Assembly: GCA_031835245.2 (NCBI GenBank)
Contig: JAVKOQ020000071.1
Span: 62,001 to 126,000, forward strand
From: Balamuthia mandrillaris
Lineage: Eukaryota
Direction of reading: 5' to 3'
DNA length: 64,000 nucleotides
Below are positions 37,126 through 49,061 of the stretch, one piece after another (position 1 is the stretch's first letter; each line of letters begins with the position of its first letter). The position numbers were made by a program, and so were the translations under genes. The notes under the pieces were generated by a model that made no database searches, had not been told where the DNA came from, and was given only the letters and a program-made list of their open reading frames with translations.

Positions 37126-38623
37126 ATGAGAGGAGAACCATCGTATCGCTCGCCGGAGGAGGTCGTGGAGCGAGAAGGAGGGGCCTCCGTTCCTTCGCTT
37201 GGCCACATGTGGCCACTACGCAAAGCGCTCGACTTTCGTCGAGAGTCGCCCGGCAAAGAGGAGCTGCAACAGCAAGCAGCAGCAGCAGAGGAGGAGGAAC
37301 GGAGAAGAAGAAGATGGAGTAGCGGCGGCGGCGGCAGCAGCAGAGGGCGTATTCGAGCCCCTATTTTCTTGGACGACGATGACGAGGAGGAGGAGGGTGA
37401 GGGAGGTGGGGATGAAGACGCTGAATACGAAGCGACGGCCGTTCGTCGCAACTTGGAGCAAGAGTGGAGGCAAAGAAGCAGCCACAGTAACGGGTTTTTC
37501 GTGGGAGAAGGAGATGAACATATATATGAAGGAGAAGAGGGAGAGGAAGAGGAAGAGGAGGAGGGAGCGGTTCGTCGAGTGTCGATAGCGAGAAGAGATG
37601 GTGCGGAGGCGTTGTTGCGGGAATGGGAGATACGCAGAAAGGAATACGCTCTTGTTCGTTTTTTCTTGTTCCATCTTTCCGCTTTCTTGTTCTTGTTCTT
37701 TCCGTCTTCTTGTTCTTCTTCTACTTCTTGTTGTTGTTGTCTTATGTTGTTGTTCTTCGTTCTTCTGCTTCTGCTTCTGCTTCTGCTTCTGCTTCTGCTT
37801 CTGCTTCTGCTTCTGCTTCGCTTCTGCTTCTGCTTCTGCTTCTGCTTCTGCTTCTGCTTCTGCTTCTGCTTCCTTCTGCTTCTGCTTCTGCTTCTGCTTC
37901 TGCTTCTTCTGCTTCTTCTTGTTCTGCTTCTTCTTGTTCTTGTTCTTGTTCTTGTTCTTGTTCTTGTTCTTGTTCTTGTTCTTGTTCTTGTTCTTGTTCT
38001 TGTTCTTGTTCTTGTTCTTGTTCTTGTTCTTGTTCTTGTTCTTGTTCTTGTCTGCTTCTTCTTCTTCTTCTTCTTCTTCTTCTTCTTCTTCTTCTTCTTC
38101 TTCTTCTTCTTCTTCTTCTTCTTCTTCTTCTTGTTCTTGTTCTTCTTCTTCTTCGTTCTTCGTTCTTCGTTTCTTCGTTCTTCGTTCTTCGTTCTTCGTT
38201 CTTCGTTCTTCGTTCTTCGTTCTTCTTCTTCTTCTTCTTCTTCTTCTTCTTCTTCTTCTTCTTCTTCTTCTTCTTCTTCTTCTTCTTCTTCTTCTTCTTC
38301 TTCTTCTTCTTCTTCTTCTTCTTCTTGTTCTTCTTCTTCTTCTTCTTCTTCTTCTTCTTCGTCTTCTTCTTCTTCTTCTTCTTCTTGCTTACCTTTTTTT
38401 TTTTGAAAAAAACAAACAGCAATCAGCAAAACAAAGAACAGGCCCTTTGGAGGAGGGGTTGGAGCGGATACAGCAGTCCTGTGGAGATGTCTTGTCCTCT
38501 TTGCAACAGCAGAACGAAAATTATGCTCATGTCATTCAGCAACACCTGCAGGAAGAAATGAAAGCTTTGTACGTTGTCTTTTTTCCTCTCTTGTCATTTT
38601 CTCTATCGTTCTCTTCCCTGCTT

Positions 38624-38674
<51 letters not shown>

Positions 38675-40401
38675 CTTTCTAACAAGAAAACACTTACTCA
38701 GTGAATGGTTGGTGGAAGAGAAGATGAGATCCCTCAAGTTAGTGGAAGAGCAACAACAAAAGAAAGAAGCGGAGCGGCTTCGTCTCTCTCGGCAGCTTCT
38801 AAAAGAACAACAAGAAGCGGCAGATCGTCAAAAGAAAGCTGCTGCGGCAGCAGCCAAACAAAGAGAACAACAAGAGCAACAACAAAAACAAGAGCAACAA
38901 AAACAAGCTTTAGCAGCAGCTGAAAGAAGAAAACGAGAAGAAGAGGAACAACAAAGAGCCAAAGAGAAAGCAAAAGAAAAAGAGAAAGAAAAAGAGAAAG
39001 AGAAAGAGAAACAAAAAGGAGATATGGCGGTTTCTTCTGCTTCCGTCAAAACTGCGCCCTCTCAACAAAAACAAACACAACAGCAGCAACCACAACAGCC
39101 AAAAGGTGGTAGTCTTCTCGACATTTACGAACGCAGTTTAGCAAAACTTGCAGAGAGAGCAGAGAATCTTAAGACCTTGTGGCCTCCTCTCTCCTCCAAA
39201 ACGCCAGAAGCACAGCAACTCACCGCCATGAAAAAGGAGTACGACAAGCGCATCATGTTGGCAGTGAATCAGATCTCGGCGGACGTTCAGCAGGTTCGAA
39301 CCTTAATAGAGGACTTGTATCAGGTCCTTCGGAGAGCTTCCAGCGTGGACTCTTTGCACTATTTCTACTGTTTGGATCTGTTGGCTACCAAACTTGTGGT
39401 TCGTTGTTTTTTCTCTCTTAGTTTCTTACTGTCTTCTCGTTTCTTTTATTCTTTCTTTTCATTTCTTCGTTCTTATTCTTTAGTGTTCTCCGTTCTTCCT
39501 TCTTCCGTTACGTTGCTGTGTTGTTGTTTTTTCTCCTTATCTTCTTTTTTTTATCGTTCTCTTTCATCGTAACACCAACAAATCAAAACAGTCAACAGGA
39601 GACACAGTGATACATCTCCACCAAAGCTCCGCTTTCCCGATCGCCATGGTAGCCGTTGGTCTTTGCGTGCTCCTTCCCGAACTTCCTTCCATGCTGTTGC
39701 AACGATTTCACAAAAGCTGTCCTTATGTGCTTCCTATTTACTTGCCGAGAAAGCAGGGACAGTCGGATACGGAGTGGCTCCTCGCGATGGGCTACCAGAA
39801 GAAGAGCAGCGAGGCGAGTGGAGTGGAACCGGAGGAGTCTTATCAAGAGAGAATGGCGGGATTTGTCTCGTTATATGCCGCTATCTTGCAAACGGAACAC
39901 CCACAAGGTTTTATTTCATTCTTTTCTTCTTTCTGTTTTGTTTTCTTCTTCTTTCTCCATCTTTTTCTTTCTTTCTTTCTCTCTCTCTCTCTCTCTCGCG
40001 TCTTCTTCTCTAACATTCTTAAAACAACATACAGGAAACCCACTGGGATTGGATCAAGGATGGACTTGGTTGGCTCGGTTGCTCAACATGAGACCTAGAC
40101 GGATTACGCCTACCATTACCCTCGCCTTCTTAGAGGTACATTTCCTTCTTCTCTTCTTTCATAGGTTTTTTTTTGTCTCTAAGTATGCTCTTTCTTCTTT
40201 CAGGTTTGTGGTCACGCCCTGCTAAAAAGATATCCAAACCAACTGCCGAAACTACTCGCGTTGATGAAACGAGAGTTTGTGCCGATGGTAGAGCAAGCAA
40301 AGAACGCACATACCCCCTCCGTAGCCCGTCTTCGCATCTTCATAGAGGAGTGCGAAGCCTCCAATTCCATACCCGTTCCCCAAGGAAGGGACTTGTCTTA
40401 G
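37126..40401 (+). CDS. GLE1: mRNA export factor GLE1
   Basis: Coiled coil, then AFPIAMVAV..FHKSCPYVLP..SYQERMAGFVSLYAAILQT..GWTWLARLLN..FLEVCGHALLKRYPNQ. Confidence 0.88.
37680..38390. repeat. Compound (CTTCTG)/(CTTGTT)/(CTT)/(CTTCGTT) microsatellite in GLE1 intron 1
   Basis: Seen directly. Confidence 0.95.
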
Positions 40402-40829
40402 TATTTGTTTGTAAACAAAGATACAGAGTTTTGTTGTTCTTGGAGGCTGTTGGTGTCGCCGACTACGGTGTCTCCGGGGGCGTCGTCATCGTCGCTGCTC
40501 GGGTCTACCTGGTCGGGGGCAGGGGCGATAGAGTAGACGTTGAGCACATGTGAGAGGAAGGGGGAGTACTTGGCGGTGGCTCCGTGGGAGTCAGAAAGGT
40601 CGCACTCCTTGAGGGCGTTGGGCCACTCACGTTTAAAGAGACTGGTTAGGTGCCTAAGAGGGCTGGCCGAACTTCTCGAGTATAGCCTTGTTAGACGAGG
40701 TCGTACGCAGGGGAAAAGTCCTGTCGCACGGTGACGGTGCCTTTTGCACCTTTGGTGCGCTTCTTCGCTTTGTTAACTTTCATTGGCGCTCCGCGTGGCG
40801 AGGCGTGCGAGTGCTTTAAAAAAATTCTT

Positions 40830-40876
<47 letters not shown>

Positions 40877-40993
40877 GAAAGATGGAGAAGACAAAGAAGA
40901 AGAACAAGAAGAAAAGAAGACGTAGACCAAGCTAATATTATTTCCGTATTCAAAAAAGATAATGAAAGTTCATTTTTTGTTCTTTGAAGAAGT

Positions 40994-43606
40994 CTAGCGT
41001 TTGCCTCCTGCTCGTTTGCGTTTCTTTGTGTTGCTGTTCTTTTTGTCGTTGCTTCCATTCGGCTGTGTCCGGGGTTGTTGTTGCTGTTGTTGTTTTGGTT
41101 CTTCTTCCTCTTCCTCTTCATCTTTCTTCTCTTTATTCTTCATCGTTTTCTTTTGCTTTCCTTTACCTTTGCCTCCCTTCTTTCCGGTTTCCTCTTCCTC
41201 TTCCTCTTCTTCTGCTTCATTTGACATCATCCTCTTGCTCTCTTCTTCCGCCGTTTCTTCGGCTTCTCCTCCTTCACTCCTTGTCTTTGGTCCATTCTGA
41301 TACTTTCTTAATCGAGCCACGAAGAAGCCATCCATGTTGTGTGCATGCGGATAAACTCGCACGCTCAGCTTTAGGCTCTCATGAAAGCGATGCGTACCAA
41401 AGCGAGTGAAGCCCGCTCGCCCAAATGCCAGCTCCGCATCCTCCAACTTCACATGTCGATGACGCAATGCATAATCCACAACGGCCTCGTTCTCCTCCAC
41501 CATGATCGAACAAGTGGAGTAGACAATCACCCCCCCGCTCTTGTTCAAAGGACGAGCTTCCACCGAGTCGATGGCATGAAGCAAGAGCTCTCGTTGGATA
41601 TGACCGCAGCGTTGCACGTCCTTCTCGTCCTTTTGAGTCTTGACAGACGGGTCACGCGAGATGACTCCCGTTCCGGTGCAAGGCGCATCCAAGAGGACAC
41701 GGTCAAAGCCGCCCATAACTTTGGGGAACATGCGGCCGTCGTAGTTGGTGACGATGGCGTTGCGCACGCCCATGCGGTGCAAGTTGGCAGTGACAGCTTT
41801 GATCCTCTCCGAGTTCTTATCGTTGGCAAAGAGTACGCCTGTGTTCTTCATGAGGGCGGCGATGTAGGTAGTCTTTCCTCCAGGGGCGGCGCACATGTCT
41901 AGCACGCGCTCCTTCTCTCTCGGGTCCAGGGCTATCACCGGAAGGAAGGACGATGCGCTCTGCAGCATGTAATGACCGGCAAGGTATTCAGGGGTGGCAC
42001 CAATGGGTACCTGCGAGTCGTATACCTGCAGTCCCACTTTGGACCATTTGGCGATGGTGTCGAGGTTTACGCCGCGGGAGATGAGGGCCTGAGCCAAGTC
42101 TCGTCGGCGCGTTTTCAGGGTGTTGGCGCGGATGGTCATAGGGCGAGGGGCCTCGTTGGCGGCAAAGAATTCCAAGGCCTCGTTCAAGGAGAAGAGGGAG
42201 AGGAACTTGCCGGCCAGCCACTCGCTGTAACCATAGTACTCGGCGAGATCCCGGATGAGTTGGGAGAGGTACTCGCGGCGGCTGCGGTCGGGCTCGCGCT
42301 CTTGAGCAAAGTTGTTGAGCACACGAACTATGGTTTGGATGCGCGCGTAGATAGCGTTTGGATCCAGTGCAAATTGTTCTGGTAGCGAGAAGGAGAGAGA
42401 GAGAGAGAGAGAGAGAGGTTAGTAAAGAAGAGAGAGAGAGAAGATAGAGCGAGAGAGGGGACAGAGAATGCATACTTTCTTCTTCCAAATCTTGAGCCGA
42501 AGGCAAAACGAATCGTTCGGCTTCCTGTGCGCTGGCTTGCATTTCAGCCTTGCTCTCCTCCTCTTCCTCCGCCATCTTCTGGTCAAGCAATCTCGCTTTC
42601 TTCTCAATGCGAAGTTCTTGTTCCTCATCGTCTTCATCCTCATCATCCCAACCTTTGTCCTCAAACTCATCGACATCAGCGGCGCCATCGTCGTCGTCAT
42701 CACTACCAAGAACAGCACTGAATTCATCTCCATATTCATCCTTTAAGCCCTCTTCATCATCGTCATCGTCACTATCCTCGTCTTCTTCGCTTTCTGCTTC
42801 TTTATTTTGTTTTGGTTTCTGTAATGAAGCAAAAGAAAAACAGATATTTAAAAAAAAATAACAAAAAAAAGAATGAAGTACAAAAGAGCGAGATGAACGC
42901 GGGAAGAAGAAGAAGAAAGAAGAAGAAGAAGAAGAACCAGAAGAAGAAGAAGAAGAAGAAGAGAAGAAGAAGAAGAGAAGAAGAAGAAGAAGAAGAAGAA
43001 GAAGAAGAAGAAGAAGAACAAGAAGATGAAAATGAAGAAGAAGAAGAAGAAGAAGAAGAAGAAGAAGAAGAAGAAGAAGAAGAAGAACAAGAAGAAGAAC
43101 AAGAACAAGAAGATGAAGAAGAAGAACAAGACAAGAAGAACAAGAACGAAGAAGCAAGAAGAGGACGAAGAAGAACAAGAGAAACAAAAGAGCACAGAAG
43201 AGTAGAAATAAACCTTAACAAATCCTCCAAAATTATTGGAAGCCTTCTGTTTTTGCTTTTGCTTTGCCGTTTTTGGTTCCACTTCCTCCTCGTCTTCCTC
43301 TTCTTGTGCCCAGCCATTATTATTAGTTTGCTCCTGTTCTTCCTCTCCCGCAGAATCCTCTTCCTCCCACAGTGCTTTCTTCTTCGAGGCCGGACTTCTG
43401 GTTTTTTCGTTTTGTTTTTCCTCTCATGGTCAGTGTGCGATTCACTTTTATTTTAAAAAACAAAGCGAGGGAAGGAAAGCATACTGTTTATTTGATTCAG
43501 AAGATGAGGATGAAGCGCCGCCGCCGCCGGGGGTCCTCTTCGCTGCGTCCGCAGACTTTGTTTGCGGAGTAGTGTTCCCTTTTCTTTGAGGTTTCTTTCT
43601 TGCCAT
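40994..43606 (-). CDS. NOP2: 25S rRNA m5C methyltransferase NOP2/NSUN1
   Basis: NTLKTRRRDLAQALISRGVNL, IGATPEYLAGHYMLQ, VLDMCAAPGGKT, FDRVLLDAPCTGTG, VYSTCS, HNMDGFFVA. Confidence 0.97.
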
Positions 43607-44145
43607 TTTATGTTTTTTTGGTGAACCGATCAAGAAGCGTGAAGGATTCACACAACTACTTTTTTTTTCTCTCCTTGCTTTGCTTTTGGCCGCTCTCCCA
43701 CACTGGCTCCTCTCTCTCTTTTCTTCTTTTCTTCTTTTCTCGCTTTCTTCTTTTCTTTATTTTCCTCCCACCATCATCCTCACCCCTCCATCATAACATC
43801 AATTTCGAGTGCGACCGGCGTCGAACCGACGGTACCTGAGTGAGCCAAAAAAAAAACATGGGAAAGCTGTCGGCGTCGAACCGACGGTACGGGTGAGCCG
43901 AAAAAAACCGCAGCGCAGGCTGTGGGGCCTGGGGGGTCGAACCGGGAGCGGATTTTTGTCGACCCCTCAAGGCGAAATCAGCAAAAGAAATTTCCTGGCA
44001 GGTGTATTTTTTTGAGAGTTTGAGGAGCACTCGCAAGCTAACTGCAAAGAAAGAAGGCGGACCCCCTCCCCTCAAACTCTTCCTATCGATCAATCCATAA
44101 AAAAAAACAAGAGACAGGCGGTCCTCGTTTGAAGAGAAAAAAAAA

Positions 44146-44547
44146 ATGGCTTCCACACAGTTTGGCATCCAACAGCTTTTGGCGGCTGAGCAGAAAGCGC
44201 AGGAAATCGTGGCCAAGGCTCGTCGCGGTATGTAGTGAGCCGGCGAAGTGTTTGAATTGGTTTTATTTTTATTTTATTTGTTTTTTTTTTGGGTCACTAC
44301 ACGATTTCAAATCGACGCGACGTTGGATTGTTTTTGTGCTGATTCGATTGATTTATATGTTTGTTTTTCTACAGACAAGGTCGCCAAGCTGAAGCTCGCT
44401 AGGGATGACGCCACCAAGGAAATTGAAGCCTACCGAGCCAAGCGAGAGAGCGAGTTTGAGCAGTGGAAAGCATCTGTATGTCTCCTCCGCTTCTCCCTTC
44501 TTTCATTGTTGTTTTTCCCTCTGCCGTTAGATCCTTATTTGTTCTCT

Positions 44548-44597
<50 letters not shown>

Positions 44598-44816
44598 GTT
44601 TTCCCGTTCTCTTCACTTTTCCACAAAATGATCTCATATCCACCTCTTTTTTTTTTTCAGCACGGACCAAACACGGAGGGAACCTTCAAGATGTTGGAAG
44701 AGAGGACGACCAGGGAGATCGAGCAGATCCTCCTCCACGCCGAGCAAAAGCAACAGGAAGTAGTGAGCCTGCTGCTGAACTGCATAACAAACGTAAACAC
44801 CGACATTTCTTCTTAA
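44146..44816 (+). CDS. vatG: V-type proton ATPase subunit G (3 exons)
   Basis: GIQQLLAAEQKAQEIVAKARR|DKVAKLKLARDDATKEIEAYRAKRESEF. Confidence 0.93.
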
Positions 44817-45062
44817 ACAGCAACTCCTCAATTCAACCACCTTATTCTGCTATTATTTCATCGTTCTTTTCTGCTTCTACTCGTTATTCTCCTTTCTTTC
44901 TGTCTCCTCGTTTCTTTCTTTCCTGTTGTTCTTTCTTCTCTTGATTTCCTCTTTCTTCTCCGTCTTCTCGTTTTTATCTTTTGCGAACAGTTTTGATACT
45001 TTTAACGGTTTTTTTATTCAGAAAAACAAAAAGAACGAGAAAGCAAGCAGCAGAACAAGACA

Positions 45063-45680
45063 CTAAGTTCCATTGACAACGAGTCGATAGGTCACATAAC
45101 GACCGGCCGTCTCCGAGGGCCGGATGATCTTCACCACGTGCCCCTTGCTCAGGCCAAAGTACTTGGAGATGGGGTCCGTGACCAACATGCGCGGCAGCTG
45201 CGTCTCCTGCAGCCGGTACTTGGCCAAGAGCGCCGCCTTTTGAGCGTCCGTCAGGACGATGTGCTGCGGCACCAGCATGTGTTCGGTGATGTTGACCAAG
45301 AGCTCACTCTCCTGGAAGTATTCGATGATGAAGCGGGGGGCCATCTCCACCAGGGCCTGCTTGGCAAAGGGGGTGAGGTTCTGCTGCACGATGAGGATGG
45401 CGCGGTTGACCCCTTCGTCCTTCATGGTGTCGCAGTAGCTTTTGATGGGCTTCACGCCGACCTTGAGGTCCTCCGGCCAAAAGACAAAGATTTGTTTGGT
45501 GGGGTCGTTTTTTTGTCGACGCAGAAGGGTCAGCTGCTTGCGGTCCGGCGGGTCCCCGTATCTTTGACGAAAGTCCTCACGGTCCATCTCCATGTCTCCG
45601 GGGGCGGGGATGTAGCCCCGGTCCGTGAGCATTTGGAGGACGGTCCTGCGGATCTGAAACAGTCGGCCTACTTCATCCAT
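45063..45680 (-). CDS. RPB5: RNA polymerases I/II/III shared subunit RPB5 (intronless)
   Basis: LFQIRRTVLQMLTDRGY..FQESELLVNITEHMLVPQH..VVKIIRPSETAGRYVTYRLV. Confidence 0.97.
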   Translation of the reverse strand: MDEVGRLFQIRRTVLQMLTDRGYIPAPGDMEMDREDFRQRYGDPPDRKQLTLLRRQKNDPTKQIFVFWPEDLKVGVKPIKSYCDTMKDEGVNRAILIVQQNLTPFAKQALVEMAPRFIIEYFQESELLVNITEHMLVPQHIVLTDAQKAALLAKYRLQETQLPRMLVTDPISKYFGLSKGHVVKIIRPSETAGRYVTYRLVVNGT

Positions 45681-46046
45681 CCCTCTCTTTCTTTCTTTCT
45701 TTGGTGTTTTGATCTTTTGCTTTTTTTTTTCTTTTTCTATTCTTCTTCGGCGGAACGACCCCTCAAGGAATGTCGACAGTGATAGAATCGATGGCTGCCC
45801 CTCAGGTAGTTTGTCTACAAAAATATTTATCGTCGACATCCAGGCAAAAAAAGGCAAAGGCCGACGTCGCTTCCATCATCTTTGTATTGCAAGCAAAGAG
45901 CAAACGAAGAAAAAAAAAGTTTAGAAGAGAGAAAAACGGGAGAGGAGAGAGAACCCCGAAAATTTGTTGCTTTCTCTCTGCTGACCGGTTTTTAACATCG
46001 TCCTCTGTATAGCTAGTGTAAGATCAATAATTGAATTGCGAAAACA

Positions 46047-47089
46047 ATGGAAAACGACGATCCCGCAAGGCGCAAGAAGGATCCCCGTGTCATTCGAGGC
46101 CGACACGGCTCCATGTCCGGCACAGAGCTGGCCAAAGCGACCGGCACTGTACCCTACCACTCCTACTCTCAGGAGGAGAAGCGAGCCTTCACCATCCACA
46201 TCAACAACTTGCTTAAAGATGACCCCGACCTTCAAGACGTTTTGCCAATGGATCCCGAAAGCAAAGACCTCTTCGAGGTCGTTTCCAAAGGAGTTCTTCT
46301 TTGGTAAATGAGCGCTCCTCCTTTTATTCTTGCTTCGATGCGCACTCGCTATTAACAGTATTCTAATAATGAAAACACAGCAAGTTGATAAACCGTATCA
46401 AACCAGGCACGATCGATCCTAAGAAAATAGTGGGAGATACGGAGGGCCTCATCTTCAATGCAATTGAGAACCACAACCTCAGCATTGAGGCAGCTAGGAA
46501 GCTTGGCTGTAACGTCACCAACTTGGGTGCCCAGGACTTTATAGAGAAGCAAGCACATCTTATCTTGGCCTTGGTTTGGCAAATCCTTCGAGTAAGTTAT
46601 TCACTTTGTTTCTTTTTGTCTAGTTTCGTTTTAACATTCATTCACTGCAAAGGTTGGGCTGTTGGATGGGTTGGATGCGCACCCAGCAATGGAAGAGTTC
46701 CAAAAGAACGAGGAGAAGGAAGAGGAAGACCGCAACAACAGCGCCAACGCCTCTCGCCACAATCGGGCAGAACAGAACCTGTTGAAATGGTTTAATGCCA
46801 TGTTGACTCGCGCAGGTTATGAAGGCAACGTTAGAAACTTTGGGGAAGATATCAAGGTCTGCTAAAACGCGTTCTGATTCGTGCTCTTCAATTCCAATTC
46901 CTTCCTCTTATCAATTTCATACAGGACGCAACCAAGTATGTCATTCTCATGAATGAGATCGCGCCAGACTTGTGCTCCAAGGACGCTCTTTCTATTGAAG
47001 AGCCTTCCAATAGGGCCAGAGCCGTCATCGACAACGCCACCAAACTTGGTTGTGACCAGTTTGTAACTGCCAAAGAAATTCTCATGGTT

Positions 47090-47126
<37 letters not shown>

Positions 47127-48427
47127 CTCGCTCTCTCACTCTCTCTCACCCCAAATTCTCCACTCTCCTCTCTATGCGTTCTTCTCTCTTCCCTCTCTTC
47201 GTTCTCCCTCTGTTCACTAAACTGGAGTATGCGTGTAGGGAAATCGCAAGTTAAATTTAGCATTCACCGCCACACTGTTTCACAAGCATACCCAACTGCA
47301 AGCCAAGTACAAGCAAAACAAACAAGAGGCAGTGGCCAGAAAGAGCGAGGAGGAGGTTCAGGAACTTAAGAGAATTCTCCAAGAACAGGAAGCCAGCCTA
47401 AAAGCACGGCAGGAAGAAATTGAGAAGTATAAGCAGATCGAAGAGGAGGTGGAGACATTCTCGCAAGAACTTTCATTTGTGGGGTTACTCACTTATGTGA
47501 CTTTTAATCCATCAGGTGGAGACATGGAGAAAGAGCCAAGAAGTGGAGAAGATGAGACTGACGGAGGAGCTCCGCAAAATGGAAGAGCAGATGAGAAAGC
47601 GAGAGGAAGAGATACAAAGAAAGGAACGAGAGCTCAGGGAGCTTCTCCAAAAACAGGAGCAACAACGCAAAGAGGAAGAAGAGGCAGAGAAGAGAAGACA
47701 GGAGAGAGCGGAGGAAAGAAGGAGGCAAGAAGTCCAACAAGAAGAGGAAGCTAGAAGGAAGGAACTAGAGAGACAGAAGGAGATCTTCGAGATGAAGGAG
47801 AGAATGAGGGAAGCCTCCGCTGAGACCGAGAAGAAGAGGTTCATTGCCCTGAGGAACGAGGAGGAGTACCTGCGCAAACGGGCCATAGAGACGGCTGAAC
47901 GCAGAGAGCTCATGGAGATCCAACAAGTGCAACACGACCTTAAGGCCAAGAAAGAAAAGGTGGAGAAGGAGCGCGTGGAAGTGGTAAAGAAGATGGCTGA
48001 CAGGGACAAGTTCCCTGTAGTAGTCTTTGTGACCAGCAACAGCTCCGACCCCGAGTTGAAGGCCGCGGAGAAGCACTTGGCAAACGAAGGAAGGAATGCG
48101 GTGGTGGCCAGCGCGCTGGAGGAGGTCCTGAAACTGGTACAGAAGAAGGGAGCCAGGCACGTGGTCCTCATGGAGCTCTTTGGCGAGGACGACACCCGGC
48201 ACGACATCGCTGTGGACATAGCCTCCGCCGTCAACGAGGCCACCAACGGCAAGGCGGTGCTCATCTGCTGGAACAAGCTGGTGTTGAAGGACGCCAAAGT
48301 GCAGGGCAGGTGCGAGGCCTTTGGCATCAGTCCCACCAAGCGAGGACAGACGTTGTGGAAGCTGTTGGGAGTGAAGGCGGCTCCTCTGGTGACCTCCAGG
48401 GTGAGAGCTCCCAACTTCAACAAGTGA
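46047..48427 (+). CDS. Fimbrin-like protein: one CH-CH actin-binding domain, a charged helix and an alpha/beta C-terminal domain
   Basis: HSYSQEEKRAFTIHINNLL, KLINRIKPGTID, ENHNLSIEAARKLGC, HLILALVWQILR, EQNLLKWFN, GNRKLNLAF; then an E/R/K-rich region. Confidence 0.88.
47449..47515 (+). mobile_element. Putative recently gained intron (67 nt) flanked by a 12-bp direct repeat; body copied from the intron at 60416-60563
   Basis: AGGTGGAGACAT at 47447-47458 and 47514-47525. 47458-47515 matches 60506-60563 at 56/58. Confidence 0.75.
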
Positions 48428-49061
48428 GCCACACGCATTGTAACGATATCTGTCCATGTGCTAGAACAAAAAGAGAATTACGTCTACATATAATAATATC
48501 GAAAAAAAGGGAATGCAAAATGAAGAAGAAGCAGAAGAGGAAGAAGAGGAGGAGGAGGAGGAAGAAGCAGACAAAGTCCAGAGACCAGTGACATCCCACC
48601 GCTTGCAGGTCGGCTAGAGCTGCCCTGTTTTTTTTTTCTGATCTGAATACTACCACACAACAAGCTTCCAGAAGGAGCAGAGAGAGATAGATAGAACAAG
48701 AAGCAGTGCTCGCAACGACGAAGCAGTGCTTTTATTTTTTTCCATTGGGCATGTCTCATTTAATTGTTCTATTAACCTAAAATGGAAAGTAATTTATAAA
48801 ATTATGATTTCCTATTGGTGCTTTGAAAATCTATGCAGGTGATCCATTGCGACGTTCCATCAAACTTGTCCGTCACCATCGTCCATTCCAAAGCGTGGCG
48901 GCGTGTCCGTCTTCGTCCGAAACGCTGCTTGGTTGGTCCTCGCCACTTCATCGTTTCTCTCTTCTTCTTTTGTTTCGAAAAAACCGGTGTCGCTGTTTCT
49001 TTTTTTTTTATTTTGCAAACTTCTGGAGAATTAACCTAAATCACTCACTCACACCAACACC

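Noticed and set aside
37029..38704. Long ORFs of poly-L/F/S/E/K/R in several frames (also near 4200, 5600, 32300 and 42900)
   Set aside because: They are stop-free shadows of intronic microsatellites, not genes.
45063..45680. Intronless RPB5 as a retrogene or viral gene
   Set aside because: The sequence is a typical eukaryotic RPB5, with no poly-A remnant or flanking duplication, and other long exons occur nearby.
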